Both the position numbers and the translations under genes were made by a program. Positions 18,354 through 28,627 of a stretch of DNA of 64,000 bases are shown piece after piece. The DNA comes from Candidatus Woesearchaeota archaeon (GTDB lineage Archaea > Nanobdellota > Nanobdellia > SCGC-AAA011-G17 > CAYFGV01): NCBI GenBank assembly GCA_964452525.1, contig CAYVLZ010000004.1, positions 32,543 to 96,542 of the forward strand, in the 5' to 3' direction. Within the stretch, counting starts at the first letter, position 1. Each line of letters starts with the position of its first letter. Under the pieces are notes generated by a model that was not told the origin of the DNA, did not search any database, and saw nothing but the letters and a program-made list of their open reading frames with translations.

Positions 18354-19787
18354 ATGGCTAAAGAAGATATTGGCATTACTGTAAAGAAAGATAAGAATTT
18401 CTCAGAATGGTATCCCCAGGTTGTACAGAAATCTGAGTTAGCAGATTACTCTCCTGTAAAAGGTTCCATGATTATAAGACCGAATGCTTATAGCATATGG
18501 GAGACTATAAGAGATTATTTTAATTCAAGATTAAAAAGATTGATGGTTAAGAATGCTTACTTTCCCTTGTTCATTCCAGAATCATTTTTCAAGAAGGAAG
18601 CGGAACATGCAAAGGGATTTAACCCTGAGGTAGCCTGGATATCTAATACAGAAGAAGGAGAAAGATTGGCTATAAGGCCTACTTCTGAAACTATAATGTA
18701 TGATTCGTATTCAAGATGGATTAGAAGTCATAGAGATTTACCATTAAGAATAAACCAGTGGGGTAACGTGGTACGTTGGGAGACTAAAGCTACTAGATTG
18801 TTCTTAAGAACCAGAGAATTCTTATGGCAAGAAGGTCATTGTGTTTATGAGACTGAAAAAGAGTGTGATAGGGAAACATTGATTTATTTAAAAGAATATA
18901 AGAAATTGTGTGAAGATTTGTTAGCTATTCCTGTGATAATTGGAAAGAAAAGTGATAAAGAAAAATTTGCTGGTGCTTTGTATACAATAAGTGTTGAAGC
19001 ATTTATGCCTGATGGAAAAGCTTTGCAAATGGGTACTTCTCATAATCTTGGACAGGGTTTTGCTAAATCTTTTGATATTAGATATCTTGGAAAAGATGAA
19101 AAAGAGCATATTCCTTGGCAAAACTCTTGGGGGGTTTCTACTAGATTGATAGGGGCAATGGTCATGGTTCACGGAGATGATAAAGGTATTATTGTCCCAC
19201 CAAAAGTTGCTAATAATAAAGTTGTTATAGTTCCTATTCTGTTTGACAAAACTAAAAATAAGGTATTGAAAAAAGCTAAGGAGATCAAGAATAAATTGAA
19301 GAAATTTAATGTCATTTTTGATGATAGAGAAGAGTATAGTGCTGGTTGGAAGTTTAACGAATGGGAGTTGAAGGGGATCCCGATAAGGATAGAAATTGGA
19401 CCCAAGGATGTAGCTAAGAAACAGGTAGTTTTGGTAAGAAGAGATACCAATAAAAAAGAAATAGTTAAGATAACAAAGGTGGATAGAGTAGTCAGGAAGA
19501 CTTTAGAGGATATTCAAGAAAGTTTATATAATAAAGCTAAAAGATTTTTGAATTCTAGTATTATTAATGTGAAAAATTGGGGTGAGTTTAAGAGGGCTAT
19601 AAAAGATAAAAAATTGGTAAAGGCAAATTGGTGCGGATCTATTGAATGTGAAGATCATATAAAAGATAAGACTGGGGGGGTCAAAAGTTTAAACATGCCT
19701 TTTGATCAACCTAAGATTATTAAAGGAAGATGTGTGCACTGTGATAAAGAAGCAAAAGTTGTGTGTTATTTTTCTAAAAGTTACTAA
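18354..19787 (+). CDS. proS: Prolyl-tRNA synthetase (archaeal/eukaryotic type)
   Basis: IRPTSET, FLRTREFLWQEGH, C-terminal SY. Confidence 0.97.
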   Translation: MAKEDIGITVKKDKNFSEWYPQVVQKSELADYSPVKGSMIIRPNAYSIWETIRDYFNSRLKRLMVKNAYFPLFIPESFFKKEAEHAKGFNPEVAWISNTEEGERLAIRPTSETIMYDSYSRWIRSHRDLPLRINQWGNVVRWETKATRLFLRTREFLWQEGHCVYETEKECDRETLIYLKEYKKLCEDLLAIPVIIGKKSDKEKFAGALYTISVEAFMPDGKALQMGTSHNLGQGFAKSFDIRYLGKDEKEHIPWQNSWGVSTRLIGAMVMVHGDDKGIIVPPKVANNKVVIVPILFDKTKNKVLKKAKEIKNKLKKFNVIFDDREEYSAGWKFNEWELKGIPIRIEIGPKDVAKKQVVLVRRDTNKKEIVKITKVDRVVRKTLEDIQESLYNKAKRFLNSSIINVKNWGEFKRAIKDKKLVKANWCGSIECEDHIKDKTGGVKSLNMPFDQPKIIKGRCVHCDKEAKVVCYFSKSY

Positions 19788-21742
19788 ATCTTGGCTATCA
19801 AAAGTTTAAAAACTCTTAAAATTCTAGCATACCACGGAAGATTTGTTACTAGAATATCAAAGGTTTCAGTAAGTTGATATTCTTTACCGTTTTCATCTTT
19901 GTAGTCTACTTTAATGTCTAATCTGTTATTTATGAAATGGTTTGAGTTTGTTTCTAGTTTTATTGTTTTAGTTCCTTGAGATTGTTCAACTATTAGAGGG
20001 TCTAGATTATCTATTTTTATCTCTAAGTCTTTTACAATAACGTCTGAGTCTAGATCAAAAGTTATTGTTAATGGTTGATTGTAATCTACTTGTTTAGGAT
20101 AGTCGATACTTTCTACTTTTAAATCTGGTTCTCTTAAGACTCTTAGATTTAGAAAGCTGTTTACCTCAACTTGTGAATTCTTTGCTGTTACTAATGGGGT
20201 CGGGGAAAGAGAAGATACCTTCTTAGAGAATTCAAAAAATTTTTTCTCTCCAATTCTTAAATCTGTTCTTTTACAGTCTTCTTTAAAACATAGTTCTATA
20301 TTGCTTAAAAAAGTATTTCCAATGTTAGTTAAAGAGCACTCGATATAGGCATCTTCATAAGTATAATAATATGGTTTTTTAGGTTCGCATTTTAAAGACA
20401 GTTGATCTGAGAATGTTTTTTCTTGTTGCTCTTCTAATTCATCCACTAAGTCTTGAGCTTGTTTTAGAGTGAATATCTCGTAATTGTTTGCATATTCTAT
20501 ATTTATAGAATCTGAAGAACCAAAAGTGTCTATGACTTTAACTTTTGTTGTATAAACATAGTCTTGTAGCCCTTCATCCGGTAGTTTTACTATCCAGAAA
20601 ACTGTAGTATGTTCTAATGGTCTTAATAAAAGATGTTTGATATTTCTATTAACTCTTTCACCGAAAATCTCTGGTGCGATGGTTATTATTGCTGTTGTAG
20701 AGCTATAATAACTTTGAGGATTCTCTACAGAAACTTTTATTGGGACATAGCTTCCAGTTTTAACCTTATCTACTAAAGGCTCTACATTTAAGTCATATCT
20801 GGGATCTATTTGATCTCCTGTGGAAATTATTGAAGAAGATAAATCCAAAGGTTCAGTTTCTATTTCCACACCATTGGAACGCCAGGTGTATCTTACTGAA
20901 GGACTTCCGGAATCCGGAGAGTCAGTTAACTTTACGTGACTAGGATCTATCCAGCCATATTGTCCGAATGTAGGGTCAAAAGGAACCCATCCTGTTTCTG
21001 GAAAATATACTTCTGCCCATCCGTGAGCTCCGAAATCTTCGTTTACATTAGAGTAGACCATGCCTGAAACGAATCTTGCTGGGACGCCAACAGATCTTAG
21101 TAAAGAAATGAATAATCCGGTTATCTCATCACACACTCCTTGTCTATTTTCCATGACCCAGCTTGATTTTTGTACAGCATCTGCTGTTAAAGTATTAAGA
21201 TCGTATGGAATGTTTTCTCTAGTCCATTCCGCTGTATTGTATACTGCTGTGAATAAATCTTTTTCTCCAGAAACTATTTCATTAGCTTGATCTATTATAT
21301 CTTGATTGATATCTATCATTTCTGTGGCCTCTGTATATTTTTCTAAGTTAGGATCTAAATCTAATATTGGAAATTTTTGTGGATAAACTTGATAAATTCT
21401 ATTTATTGTTTTCACTGTAGAATCTAAACTATAAGAGAATGTTCCAGTAGTTTGATGTTCCCATGTGTATAGTATTTCATTATTCAATTGTGTAATTTCT
21501 GCATTGGGCGATGCAGATGTATCTATGTCTATTATTTCTGTCATAGAATCGTCCCTTGGGAATAAAGAAAGATTTGCTATTAGAGACTCTAATGTTGGAT
21601 TTGGTTTTGTTGGACGTGCTTTTACTTCAGAATCTAGAGTGAAAGAGATTTCTAATTCAGAATAAGTATTATAATTTTCTTCCTGAGCATGAGCTAAAGG
21701 AAATAATAGAAGAAATATAATTAAGATAGATAATTTTTTCAT
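19784..21742 (-). CDS. Secreted transglutaminase-like domain protein
   Basis: Signal peptide; GVCDE, HGWAEVY and WVPFDPT triad motifs. Confidence 0.88.
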   Translation of the reverse strand: MKKLSILIIFLLLFPLAHAQEENYNTYSELEISFTLDSEVKARPTKPNPTLESLIANLSLFPRDDSMTEIIDIDTSASPNAEITQLNNEILYTWEHQTTGTFSYSLDSTVKTINRIYQVYPQKFPILDLDPNLEKYTEATEMIDINQDIIDQANEIVSGEKDLFTAVYNTAEWTRENIPYDLNTLTADAVQKSSWVMENRQGVCDEITGLFISLLRSVGVPARFVSGMVYSNVNEDFGAHGWAEVYFPETGWVPFDPTFGQYGWIDPSHVKLTDSPDSGSPSVRYTWRSNGVEIETEPLDLSSSIISTGDQIDPRYDLNVEPLVDKVKTGSYVPIKVSVENPQSYYSSTTAIITIAPEIFGERVNRNIKHLLLRPLEHTTVFWIVKLPDEGLQDYVYTTKVKVIDTFGSSDSINIEYANNYEIFTLKQAQDLVDELEEQQEKTFSDQLSLKCEPKKPYYYTYEDAYIECSLTNIGNTFLSNIELCFKEDCKRTDLRIGEKKFFEFSKKVSSLSPTPLVTAKNSQVEVNSFLNLRVLREPDLKVESIDYPKQVDYNQPLTITFDLDSDVIVKDLEIKIDNLDPLIVEQSQGTKTIKLETNSNHFINNRLDIKVDYKDENGKEYQLTETFDILVTNLPWYARILRVFKLLIAKI

Positions 21743-21766
21743 AACCTTTGAATTTAAGAAGTTAGT

Positions 21767-22804
21767 TTATATCTTTTTCTGTTTTATTTTATCTTTAAAT
21801 CTTTTTAAAAATATTGGAAAATCTTCCTTCAGAATATTTCCACCGCAAGCAAACTCATGTCCACCTGCATACCCTCTAATATTTGACATACAATCTTTTG
21901 TTACTTTACTAATGTCAATATTCGAACTTCTAATACTTAATTTTATTCTATCATCTTTTTCTCTTCCTACGATTATTATCTTACTCGGGTGTTTGTGTAA
22001 TAAATCTGTTGCTAATTCACTTGTAAAAGAATTCTTAGATGTAGCATATGAAAAAAAGAATACTTTTTCTTTTGGCACTTCAGCTAATGCTTTCTTGAGA
22101 AGTTTTTCATATTCAGAATATAGACCTTTAATTCTTCTTACAATATATTTTCCTTTTGGAGTTGTCTGGTCTAAGATTTCATAAGGAGATTCTATTTTTG
22201 ATATTATGTTTACTGCTTTGTTTACTTCACTAGTTCTTCCTTTCGGAGTAAAAGAGAAAATTTCTACTAATTTTCCTATTCTAGAATTATAAATAGCTTT
22301 TTTAATACTTGCATCTTCATCTAATAAATCTGGGTACTCTTTTATAAAGTCTTTAGTAAACTCTGGCAATAATCCATCTCCAAGACAACCAATCATAGCT
22401 AACCATATGTTTTGTTTCGTTACTTTATAACAATAATATGTAGCTGGTTTTTTGTCTTTTGGTTCATTTAATCTAGGATTGTAATAATGTACTCCTTTTA
22501 ATTTTACCGGGGGGTGATGATCTATCCATACTACTGGAACGTTTACAGAGTCTATGAATTCTTGTGTTACGATAGGTATGTCTACGATAAAGATGTAATC
22601 TGGGGAATATTCTTCCACTTTTCTTAAAAGTGTGCTGTCTAAGATAGGAGCCATCTTAACCATTGTTCCTTTGCCTTTGTCTATGTATTTTTTTAACAAC
22701 AAATAAGAACATATTCCGTCGGGGTCATCGTCATGGAAAAAAAGAGGGTTTTCTGTTTTTTTTAAGTAGTCTCTTATCTCTTGTAATTGTTTTTCTGGTA
22801 TCAT
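21767..22804 (-). CDS. DHH/DHHA1 phosphoesterase
   Basis: DDDPDG, IDHH, GGHEFACG. Confidence 0.9.
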   Translation of the reverse strand: MIPEKQLQEIRDYLKKTENPLFFHDDDPDGICSYLLLKKYIDKGKGTMVKMAPILDSTLLRKVEEYSPDYIFIVDIPIVTQEFIDSVNVPVVWIDHHPPVKLKGVHYYNPRLNEPKDKKPATYYCYKVTKQNIWLAMIGCLGDGLLPEFTKDFIKEYPDLLDEDASIKKAIYNSRIGKLVEIFSFTPKGRTSEVNKAVNIISKIESPYEILDQTTPKGKYIVRRIKGLYSEYEKLLKKALAEVPKEKVFFFSYATSKNSFTSELATDLLHKHPSKIIIVGREKDDRIKLSIRSSNIDISKVTKDCMSNIRGYAGGHEFACGGNILKEDFPIFLKRFKDKIKQKKI

Positions 22805-22838
22805 TTAGAAAGGTTTATATTGAAGGTTTATAACGCTT

Positions 22839-23093
22839 TTGATTATGTGGGTTGAAATTATATTTTATGTATTCATTTTGGTAGCTCTTTTTATATTTGT
22901 CAAGGTGGGGGAGATGGAAGTAAATGGAAAGAAGGTGGTCAGTTTAAAGTATAGAATATTGATAGCTTTGATATTCCCTTTATTAATAGTTTTATTTTTG
23001 TTTATTGGTGCTTTTATTTTATTTATATTGGCTATTGTTATAGTAACATTTATTGTATTCTATTTATTTAACAGATTTAAAAGAATTAATTAG
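22839..23093 (+). CDS. Small membrane protein
   Basis: Strongly hydrophobic 84-aa ORF. Confidence 0.65.
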   Translation: MIMWVEIIFYVFILVALFIFVKVGEMEVNGKKVVSLKYRILIALIFPLLIVLFLFIGAFILFILAIVIVTFIVFYLFNRFKRIN

Positions 23094-23667
23094 TTCCTCT
23101 TCTTCTATGAGATCTTAAGCTAGGTCTTAATTTTTCTGCTCCCTTACCTTTCTTTCTAAGACCTCTAGATTTTCTCGCTGAACTGGTTTTTCCTCTGAAA
23201 ACTCTCCTTCTATGTTGGGGTTCTGTAATCCAGTTTATATTTTTGTCTGCTTTAATTTGTGGATGTTTAGGATCAACCAATATTATTTCGTAAAAGTAAT
23301 ATTTGCCGTCTTTTGCTATCTTATAACTTCCAAGTACTTCTAGGTTTGGGAATTTCTTTGCTGTTCTTTCTTCTGCTATAGATTGATAGCTTTTAGATAA
23401 TATTTTTTTCCTTCTTCTGTGTTTAGATCTTCTGCCTTTTTTTATCAAGGGTCTTGTTCTTCCACCCTTAAGGACTTTTGTTCTTGTAAGTACAAAACCT
23501 TGTTTAGCTTTATAACCTAGACTTCTAGCCCTGTCTAATCTTGTAGGTTTTTCTATTCTAAGTATTGAGGGCTCTCTTCTCCATCCTATTAACCTTTGTT
23601 TATAAAACTCTTTATTGGTTGATTTAGGTTTCTTCCAAGCTTCCCTTATGTATTTGTACAATCCCAT
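23086..23667 (-). CDS. rpl15e: 50S ribosomal protein L15e
   Basis: MGLYKYIREAWKKP, RLDRARSLGYKAKQG. Confidence 0.97.
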   Translation of the reverse strand: MGLYKYIREAWKKPKSTNKEFYKQRLIGWRREPSILRIEKPTRLDRARSLGYKAKQGFVLTRTKVLKGGRTRPLIKKGRRSKHRRRKKILSKSYQSIAEERTAKKFPNLEVLGSYKIAKDGKYYFYEIILVDPKHPQIKADKNINWITEPQHRRRVFRGKTSSARKSRGLRKKGKGAEKLRPSLRSHRRRGTN

Positions 23668-23717
23668 TTTATTGAAGTTTTAAAACTGGGAAGTGTTTAT
23701 AAAAGTTTCTAATTATG

Positions 23718-24566
23718 TTAGAAGATTTGTCTTAATAATTGGTTGATATACTCCATAGAAGAATCATTAAGGATTATAACATCGTAGGCATCCTTATATT
23801 GTTCTAGGTTGCCTTCTATATTTTCATTTAGGAATCCTATTTTTATTAAATTGTCATAATTGAAACCTTCAACCATTCCAATGTCCCCTAAACTGTCTCC
23901 TAGTAGCAGAACATTCTTCCTGTCTTTTATGATTTTAAAAACTGGGAAATTCTGAATTGTGGTTTCACTTTTGTTCATACAGTGGATGATTGGTTTCTTA
24001 ATAGAAATTGCATCACCTTTTTCGTTCCATTCATATGAATTAGAGATGATATGGATGTTATTGTGGAGTATGCCTTCTTTCTTTAAATAAACAGAAATAG
24101 AATCTCCACCCAATCCACTGGAAGACATAATTACTAATGGAATATTATTTTTATTTAAAAAATCAATAAACTCTTTTGTACCTTCTCTTAGTTTTATTCT
24201 TCCTGTGTCTACAACTTTTTCTAAATCTTTCTTATTTAATTTAGATTTAATTAGAAGATCGAAATGCAGTGTCCACCATTCTTTCATCGCTTTTTTCTTT
24301 TCTTCAATTGGTATTTCTGGGTTAATCTCTATAGTATGATATTTGTCAGCAAGTGCAGTAGCTTTTTTTGCGTAATCGGAGGTTAAATAGTCCCCGTTAC
24401 GTAAGATAGAGATTACGGATGGGATCTTTTCCCCATTTACAAAAGCTTTTGTCAAAGTTCTATCAAAATCTGCAATGACGTGGAATTTATTTTTACCTTG
24501 TTTAGAAATTTGTTTTTTAATTCTTTCTAATGATCTTTGATTCGCTATGACTGTATTTTTTAACAT
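23718..24566 (-). CDS. HAD hydrolase, pyrimidine 5'-nucleotidase (UMPH-1/NT5C3-like)
   Basis: DFDRTLT, MKEWW, NVLLLGDSLGDIGM, KIGFLN. Confidence 0.85.
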   Translation of the reverse strand: MLKNTVIANQRSLERIKKQISKQGKNKFHVIADFDRTLTKAFVNGEKIPSVISILRNGDYLTSDYAKKATALADKYHTIEINPEIPIEEKKKAMKEWWTLHFDLLIKSKLNKKDLEKVVDTGRIKLREGTKEFIDFLNKNNIPLVIMSSSGLGGDSISVYLKKEGILHNNIHIISNSYEWNEKGDAISIKKPIIHCMNKSETTIQNFPVFKIIKDRKNVLLLGDSLGDIGMVEGFNYDNLIKIGFLNENIEGNLEQYKDAYDVIILNDSSMEYINQLLRQIF

Positions 24567-24720
24567 AAAATATTTATGTGGAGTGTGCTTATTAACTTAT
24601 CTAAATTGGATAGGGGGGGGACGAAATTTTATATTGTATGAGCTTCTCAGATGAAGCTTAGTAATTGAAATAATTAGTAATGGTGGTAGAATTTCTCTTT
24701 CTGCATGAAGGTTAAATGAT

Positions 24721-25077
24721 TTATTCCATGAAGGTATATCTATCTTTTTCTTTATAGACAACTGCTCCTCTAAAAGATTCTTCATCTTCATACAAGGGGG
24801 TTTGATAAGCTTGATTTAAAATAGATACTGTTTCATCTGCAGCTTCTTTATTAGTAACTCCGGGATACATTGTTTCCAATACCCACCTAATCCCCTGATA
24901 TGTAGCATCTCTAGCAATAGACATTAATTCTTCATCACCTTTTAAATTATCCATATCTTCAATTAAAGAAAGCTCCAATTCAGATGGAGTTTTAGATAAT
25001 TCTCTAATTCTAGGTAATTCTGCTTCAATCTCTTCTTTTGAAGCTCTACAATCAAAAAATCCATATGCTTTTCCCAT
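24721..25077 (-). CDS. Hypothetical acidic protein
   Basis: 118-aa ORF with plausible composition and an upstream TATA-like sequence. Confidence 0.7.
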   Translation of the reverse strand: MGKAYGFFDCRASKEEIEAELPRIRELSKTPSELELSLIEDMDNLKGDEELMSIARDATYQGIRWVLETMYPGVTNKEAADETVSILNQAYQTPLYEDEESFRGAVVYKEKDRYTFME

Positions 25078-25260
25078 TTTTTACATATTATAATAGATTT
25101 ACTTCCTTATAAACCTTTCTATTTGTAACCACTGCTTGGGGGTTATATATCCTTATTAATCTATAGTTTCTGATGGGAATAAAGCATCTCATAGGATTGT
25201 CTTTATATTTTTATATTGTTTAAAAGAAAAGTTTAAATAAATCTTTTTCAAATTAAACAT

Positions 25261-26100
25261 ATGATTACTGCTTCTATACTAAAGAAAGTATATAAGAAAA
25301 GGAAAAAAGATGTGCATAAAGGAGATGCTGGTAAGGTACTAATTATTGGTGGAAGTGAGATTTATACTGGAGCAAGTGTTTTAGTTGCAAAAAGTGCACT
25401 AGCTTCTCTAAAATCTGGGGTTGATATTGCTTTCATTGCTGCTCCTAGGAGAGCTGCTGATATAGCTGCTTCTTATTCTCCGGAGTTGATAACATATCCT
25501 TTAGAAGGCAAATTCTTACAAAGAAAACATGTGAGAAATTTACTGGAGTTTAGTAAAGGCAAAGATACTGTTGTGATTGGTAATGGTCTTGGGAGGAATC
25601 AAGAAACCCTAAAAGCAGTAGAATCTTTCTTAAAAAAAGTTAATTTGCCTTGCGTTGTGGATGCTGATGGAATTCATGGTTTGAAGAATATTAAGAATAA
25701 AGATTTTATTGTTACCCCGCATGCTTATGAATTTTATATCCTTACAAAACAAAAATTAAGTGACAACTTTAATGATAGGAAAAAGCAAGTAAAAACTGCT
25801 GCTAAAAAACTAGGAATGACGATTTTGTTGAAAGGTGTTAAAGATATTGTTTCAGATGGTGAAAATCTCGAAGTAAACAACACCGGTGTGTCTGAAATGA
25901 CGGCGGGGGGAACCGGAGACGTATTAGCTGGAATAGCTGGAGGTTTATTAGCCAGGGGTAATAGTTGTTTTGATTCTGCCTGTGCTGCTGCCTACATTAA
26001 TGGAAAAGCTGGGGAATTGGCAGCAAGAAAGCTTAAAGATTCTATGATTGCTGGAGATTTAATAGAAATGCTTCCAAGAGTGATAACGAAAGCTTTTTAA
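25261..26100 (+). CDS. nnrD: ADP/ATP-dependent NAD(P)HX dehydratase
   Basis: HKGDAGKVLIIGGS, VVDADG, TPHAYEF, GGTGDVLAG. Confidence 0.93.
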   Translation: MITASILKKVYKKRKKDVHKGDAGKVLIIGGSEIYTGASVLVAKSALASLKSGVDIAFIAAPRRAADIAASYSPELITYPLEGKFLQRKHVRNLLEFSKGKDTVVIGNGLGRNQETLKAVESFLKKVNLPCVVDADGIHGLKNIKNKDFIVTPHAYEFYILTKQKLSDNFNDRKKQVKTAAKKLGMTILLKGVKDIVSDGENLEVNNTGVSEMTAGGTGDVLAGIAGGLLARGNSCFDSACAAAYINGKAGELAARKLKDSMIAGDLIEMLPRVITKAF

Positions 26101-26142
26101 ATGAGTGTTGTATCTCATAAATGATTACAAGGGGGTAAAAAA

Positions 26143-26343
26143 ATGCATGGATCTATGAAATTAATTATTGGTTTATTATTGATGATTGCAGGAATATATG
26201 CTTACTTATCTGGATGGTTCGATGGCTTTTTCGCAACACAGTTAAAGATGTTGTTTTGGCTAGTGATCGGTAATATTCCAGGTCTAATAGCATTAATTGG
26301 ATTGATAATGTTCCTTTTGGGGGTTAGTGATATTAAAGGTTAA
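26143..26343 (+). CDS. Small two-TM membrane protein
   Basis: GGGGGT SD-like site; hydrophobic. Confidence 0.7.
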   Translation: MHGSMKLIIGLLLMIAGIYAYLSGWFDGFFATQLKMLFWLVIGNIPGLIALIGLIMFLLGVSDIKG

Positions 26344-26811
26344 AATTCATAAGGGTTTTTAGGAAAATGGATAATTATGGTCAGAAGTGGTACGAAAGTT
26401 TGTTAGCAACCCTTCCTTGTCAGGTATTATCTATTTTTGGAATAGGTGCGATAAAAATTGGGGGGGCTCTTTTTGGCTCAGGACTTATTGTGTCTGGGTT
26501 AATTGATTATTTTACTCCATCTGATCTTGAAAAAAAATTTCTCGAATCAGAAACAATTATTAATGTTGAAAGGATAGAATCCAAAAATATAGGTTCCTTG
26601 CTTGAATATGTGGTAGATTTATCCCCTTCACAAGTTGATTCCGTTAAGCGGTATATTGACTCAAAAAAACAAAGGCGATCTAAAGGTTCTGAAGAAATAC
26701 GGTGGGCGGTCTTGGCTTTTGGATTACTTGCTCTAGAACTGTATGGAGAGTCAAAAATGGATAATGTTCCCGGATGGGACGATGAGTAATTAAAAATTCA
26801 TAAGGGTTTTT
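26342..26811. repeat. 19-bp direct repeat AAAATTCATAAGGGTTTTT flanking one gene
   Basis: Copies at 26342-26360 and 26793-26811. Confidence 0.85.
26367..26789 (+). CDS. Hypothetical membrane protein between the direct repeats
   Basis: 140-aa ORF with hydrophobic segments. Confidence 0.65.
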   Translation: MDNYGQKWYESLLATLPCQVLSIFGIGAIKIGGALFGSGLIVSGLIDYFTPSDLEKKFLESETIINVERIESKNIGSLLEYVVDLSPSQVDSVKRYIDSKKQRRSKGSEEIRWAVLAFGLLALELYGESKMDNVPGWDDE

Positions 26812-26823
26812 TGTTGATTTTTG

Positions 26824-27978
26824 TTAATTTTTTATTATTATACTTTTTTTAACATAATTGTTAATCGGGATATTAAGTCTTCTTTCTATATTTGTTAATG
26901 CTTCTTTAACATTAGAGAATTTTTGTGATCTAGATTTGAAAGCATTTCTTGTAAGTTCTCTTAGTATTCCTACGCCACATGGAAAGAAATATTCATCTTT
27001 AATCTCTCTCATTACTAAAACAGATGCTTGTCTTCTCACTTTTGCCAAATATTCGAGAATTGCTAGATGGTTAGCATAGTAAGCGCCGGTTACATTGGAA
27101 GCATAAGATTTTCTTTTAAAATTAGTTTCGTAATCGTGCCACGAACCCATATTTGAGAATTTTTTAGTTATTTCTATAACTTCAAAAGACCATTGCCTTG
27201 GCAATAACAATATTTCATAATGGTTTCCTAGATATTCATCGTGAAAAACTTGTATATCATTTATCCATGGATAATCCTTGATTTCTTTAATGAGATTTTT
27301 GGATATTGTAGAGTCGACACTTGTAATACTCCAACGAGTTGGGACTAGTTTTCTTTGTATTTTTATTCCTAGCAATCCGGAGCTTAGAATTTTGCTCATA
27401 GAAGTAGACGTGGATCCTGATTTGTATAATGTCATTAAAGCAGATTCCGCTTTTAGATCTGTATCAGAAACCACATAATCAACTTTTCTTGGAACTTTTG
27501 GATTTTCTTCTAGTCTAGCTTTTCTTAATGGAGCAGGATTTCCTATTGGAGGATTTCTAGAATTTAGGTCTATAGTAATTGAAGGCCTCTTTTTAAGATT
27601 GAATTCCATAGAGCAGGGTTTTTTGGCCATTGATACTTCTTGCATTGTTTCTAGAAGTCTCCCTCTCGGTTTTTTTATATTGGAAACAAATCGGGAATAC
27701 ACCATAGAAGCTCTTAAAGTTATTATATCTGCTATTGTCAATCTCTCTTTAAACCATTCTTCTGGACTTCCCATTCTTGATACCCCATTGTGTGATGGGG
27801 GGGCTAAGATTCCGGTATAAACATTGGGATAGAAATTATAACCGATGAAAGTGTCGGGTGGGGAAGATCCTGAAAAGTCTAGATTTATTTTTCTTGGACT
27901 AGCTTGATTTATCTTTTCTTTTATTATGCATTTTCCAGAGCAGAGATTTCTATATTTACATTTGAAACAGATGTTCAT
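26824..27978 (-). CDS. nreA: Nre-family DNA repair protein
   Basis: N-terminal Cys cluster, GSSPP, RKLVPTRWSITSVD; PIP-like QKTLMNF out of frame just past the stop. Confidence 0.88.
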   Translation of the reverse strand: MNICFKCKYRNLCSGKCIIKEKINQASPRKINLDFSGSSPPDTFIGYNFYPNVYTGILAPPSHNGVSRMGSPEEWFKERLTIADIITLRASMVYSRFVSNIKKPRGRLLETMQEVSMAKKPCSMEFNLKKRPSITIDLNSRNPPIGNPAPLRKARLEENPKVPRKVDYVVSDTDLKAESALMTLYKSGSTSTSMSKILSSGLLGIKIQRKLVPTRWSITSVDSTISKNLIKEIKDYPWINDIQVFHDEYLGNHYEILLLPRQWSFEVIEITKKFSNMGSWHDYETNFKRKSYASNVTGAYYANHLAILEYLAKVRRQASVLVMREIKDEYFFPCGVGILRELTRNAFKSRSQKFSNVKEALTNIERRLNIPINNYVKKSIIIKN

Positions 27979-28069
27979 TTTAGTAGAAAGTCATTGAAGT
28001 TTATAAATTCTGCGCGAGTATTTGAAATGCAACGAAAGTATTTTAAAGTAAATAGCTTTTTTTTTGAAT

Positions 28070-28627
28070 ATGGCCCTAATAACTTTTACTGAAATATTGT
28101 ATTTTGTCATATTGACCTTGGTAATTGGGTACATCTTTAGTGGAAAATTTGTTAGAAGGCCTAAGACAGTGTATGATATGATGCACCCTAAAAGATTTAA
28201 CTTAGATGATTTTAAATTTGCTATTTTAGTAACTGCTCCTGCTATTATTTTACATGAGCTTGCACATAAGTTTGTTGCAATGGCTTACGGTTTAAGTGCA
28301 ACTTTTAAATTATTTCCACTTGGTCTCGGTATAGGTGTTTTTCTTAAATTGATTAATTCGCCTTTTATATTAATAGCACCAGGTTATGTTGAGATTCCTC
28401 CCATAGGTGATGCTTTTGCTTATAGGTTAATAGCTTTTGCAGGCCCTGCTATTAATTTAGTATTGTGGCTAGGATCCGCTTTTATTTTGAAGAGAGCAAA
28501 GAATTTAACTAGAGCTCAGAGTTCTGCACTTGGATTGACTAAATACATTAATATGATACTATTTTTCTTTAATATGATACCTTTTGGTCCTTTTGATGGT
28601 GCAAAAGTTTTATTTGGTCCTAATTAA
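28070..28627 (+). CDS. M50 site-2 metallopeptidase
   Basis: HELAH, AGPAIN, NMIPFGPFDG. Confidence 0.9.
   Translation: MALITFTEILYFVILTLVIGYIFSGKFVRRPKTVYDMMHPKRFNLDDFKFAILVTAPAIILHELAHKFVAMAYGLSATFKLFPLGLGIGVFLKLINSPFILIAPGYVEIPPIGDAFAYRLIAFAGPAINLVLWLGSAFILKRAKNLTRAQSSALGLTKYINMILFFFNMIPFGPFDGAKVLFGPN

Noticed and set aside
24597-24791. 64-aa ORF and G8 run as a phase-variable gene
   Set aside because: Overlaps the neighbouring gene out of frame and has no recognisable features.
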